Assembly (NCBI RefSeq): GCF_006345805.1
Contig: NC_043013.1
Location: forward strand, 24,738,001-24,802,000
Origin: Octopus sinensis
Lineage: Eukaryota
Reading direction: 5' to 3'
DNA: 64,000 nt
The notes beneath the pieces are model-generated. The model saw nothing but the letters and a program-made list of their open reading frames with translations, was not told where the DNA came from and did not search any database. This document shows positions 61,764 to 64,000 of the stretch, one piece after another. The position numbers and the translations under genes were made by a program. How positions within the stretch are numbered: position 1 is the first letter of the stretch; each line of letters opens with the position of its first letter.

Positions 61764-62146
61764 TGTATGTATGTATGTTGTAGTATATATATATATAAAT
61801 ATGAACAATCACACAGAAGCACACAAACACATGCATGCATGCACGCACATACATGACCACATTCACACACACGCATGCAGACATTCAAACACACACGCAT
61901 TTATATTCACACGTATACACATTTATTCATTACAAGCAAATCTCCCTTGAATCACTTACTATTGTCTTCAAAACAAAAAGAATGCATTGAATATCTGTGA
62001 CCAGAAATATCAGATGCTCAGCAGTGGAATAATTTTCCTTCGACGTCTGCCCTACAAAGTTTAAGTGGGATCTTAAAAGAATACATGTAAATCACACACA
62101 TATATGCATACAGCCCATATATGTATGTCTGTCTATGTATATATAT

Positions 62147-62188
<42 letters not shown>

Positions 62189-62193
62189 ATATG

Positions 62194-62224
<31 letters not shown>

Positions 62225-62599
62225 GCCTGACTGGCTCCCATGCCACTGGTACATAAAAGGCAGCATCCAAGCAAGGTGAATGCCAGTACCGCCTGACTGG
62301 CCCTCATGCCAGTAGCATGTAAAAAGCACCTACTACACTCTCAGAGTTGTTGATGTTAGGAAGAGCAACCAGCAGTAGAAACATTACCAGATCGGATTGG
62401 AGCCTGGTGCAGCCTTCTAGCTCACCCGCCCGCCCTAAGTCAAACCATATAACCCGTGGCAGCATGGAAAGTGGGCATTAAATGATGATGAGGAGGAGGA
62501 TTGAGAGAAAGAAGGCAATCAAAATTTTGGAATGCTAATAAAGAATTATCCAAAATTCTGACTGCCTCCTTTTTCTCAATATACAATATCTGTAAGAGG

Positions 62600-62810
62600 C
62601 AAACTGGCCGAATTGTTAGCACGCCAGGCGAAATACTTAGTAGTATTTCATCTGTCTTTACGTTCTGAGTTCAAATTCCATGGAGGTTGACTTTGCCTTT
62701 CATCCTTTTGGGATCAATAAATTATGTACCAGTTATGTACTCGGGTCGATCTAATTGACTGGTCCCTCTCCCCAAAAATGTCAGGCCTTGTGCCTAGAGT
62801 AGAAAAATAT
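62600..62810 (+). mobile_element. tRNA-derived SINE, second family
   Basis: GGCAAACTGGCCGAATTGTTAGC...GAGTTCAAATTCC...GACTTTGCCTTTCATCC. Related copies at 830-1000(-), 8920-9030, 34260-34430(-), 42860-42950(-) and 47760-47870. Confidence 0.8.
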
Positions 62811-62957
62811 ATACAAAAAAGAATATACAATATCTGTACACCACTTCAAACACTCTATACATACATATGTGTGTGTGTGCGTGCATAAGTAAATATGTGT
62901 ATGTGTGCATGTATGTGTGCATGTATGTGTGCATGTATGTGCACATGTTTTTATGTA

Positions 62958-63162
62958 TTAGGGTGGTGCATAATTATTGCAGCATTTTTCAATAAATTTT
63001 ATTCAACAAAAACAATAACAACATTTAACAAAAACATCTTAAAATGATTATTCCTGAGCATATTCACCATCTACTTCAATTTCTGCTTGGTGTTTTGTTT
63101 AAAGTTTGTTGAATAAAATTTATTGAAAAAAAAAGCCGCAATAATTATGTACCAACCTGATA
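62958..63162. mobile_element. Mariner-derived MITE (copy 2)
   Basis: Same TIRs and internal sequence as 59675-59896. Confidence 0.85.
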
Positions 63163-63754
63163 TGTGCATTTATGATTGTGGTGATGTGTATATTAAACAT
63201 GCACACACACAAACTTACATATGCATTCTCATATTTACATACACGAATACAGAGATTAATGAAAGAACTAATTAGGTCAACGTGACAACAGGACTTTAGT
63301 ATCCATAGTGACACTGTTGACATAATTGGATGTGACAGAGTTAGGGAAAAACAGTCACACACTAATGCATTAGTTGCAATTTCTGCTAATGTTCTAAAAG
63401 ATAACATATTATTTTCTTTTAGCTGACAATTCACTTTATTTATTCCTCATAAATGCAGATGTTCAATACCCAGGACAAATAATTTTTCTTTTGTAAGAAT
63501 GTAAGAATGTTACTTCAGGTAAGTTTTCATTAATTTTTATCCCTATATTCTTAAAATAAAAAAAGAAAAAGATGTGTTAAGTGACCATTGTTTTGTCATT
63601 TCATTTTATCTTCAGCTTTCATCAGTAGGAGTGGTCAGTTGAATTATTTTCCCTTATTTTAAAACTCACAATGCAATGAGTTGAAATGTTTATAATTTAG
63701 TGCTTTTGGAGAATTTCACCTAAGAGGATAACAAAATAACACTAATCTTCACAA

Positions 63755-63855
<101 letters not shown>

Positions 63856-64000
63856 AGTGTGGTTCAGATTTTTGGTCACACTTTAGACAGTTAACCACTC
63901 TCAACTACAATGTTATTGTTTAGTTGGTGTGTCATGGGGCCAAAACTTTAATAAAAAGAAAGGAAGAGAGAATCAGAAAGAATGGCATTCCTGCCTTTCT

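Noticed and set aside
60739-62329. YIYI/CVCV/HTHT-rich ORFs
   Set aside because: They are translations of (TA)n, (TG)n and (TACA)n microsatellites.

Overview
AT-rich, repeat-dense eukaryotic DNA; the SINE/LINE families and microsatellites point to an octopus or other coleoid cephalopod (inference). One host gene runs on the + strand: the 3' part of an SPG11 (spatacsin) orthologue. I reconstructed 22 coding exons by eye between 1029 and the stop codon at 55559, using GT-AG sites and phase continuity. The model has three anomalies: a 1-nt frameshift, a phase mismatch and an apparently missing exon. The introns and downstream region hold RTE, CR1-like and R4/Dong-like LINE remnants, tRNA-derived SINEs, Tc1/mariner remnants, MITEs and microsatellites, and there is a 100-N gap at 57560-57659. 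The most notable elements are: (1) a young 2.7-kb non-autonomous LTR element with paired LTRs, a tRNA-Trp PBS, a PPT and a 4-bp TSD; (2) two Penelope-type hammerhead ribozyme candidates, one with an unusual ~100-nt stem II extension; (3) a 1.35-kb unit bounded by two outward-facing Helitron 3' ends that act as 45-bp inverted repeats; (4) a ~97-bp fold-back hairpin next to an exon. No database searches or folding programs were run. Homology calls come from recognised motifs and recalled sequences, and repeat boundaries are approximate.
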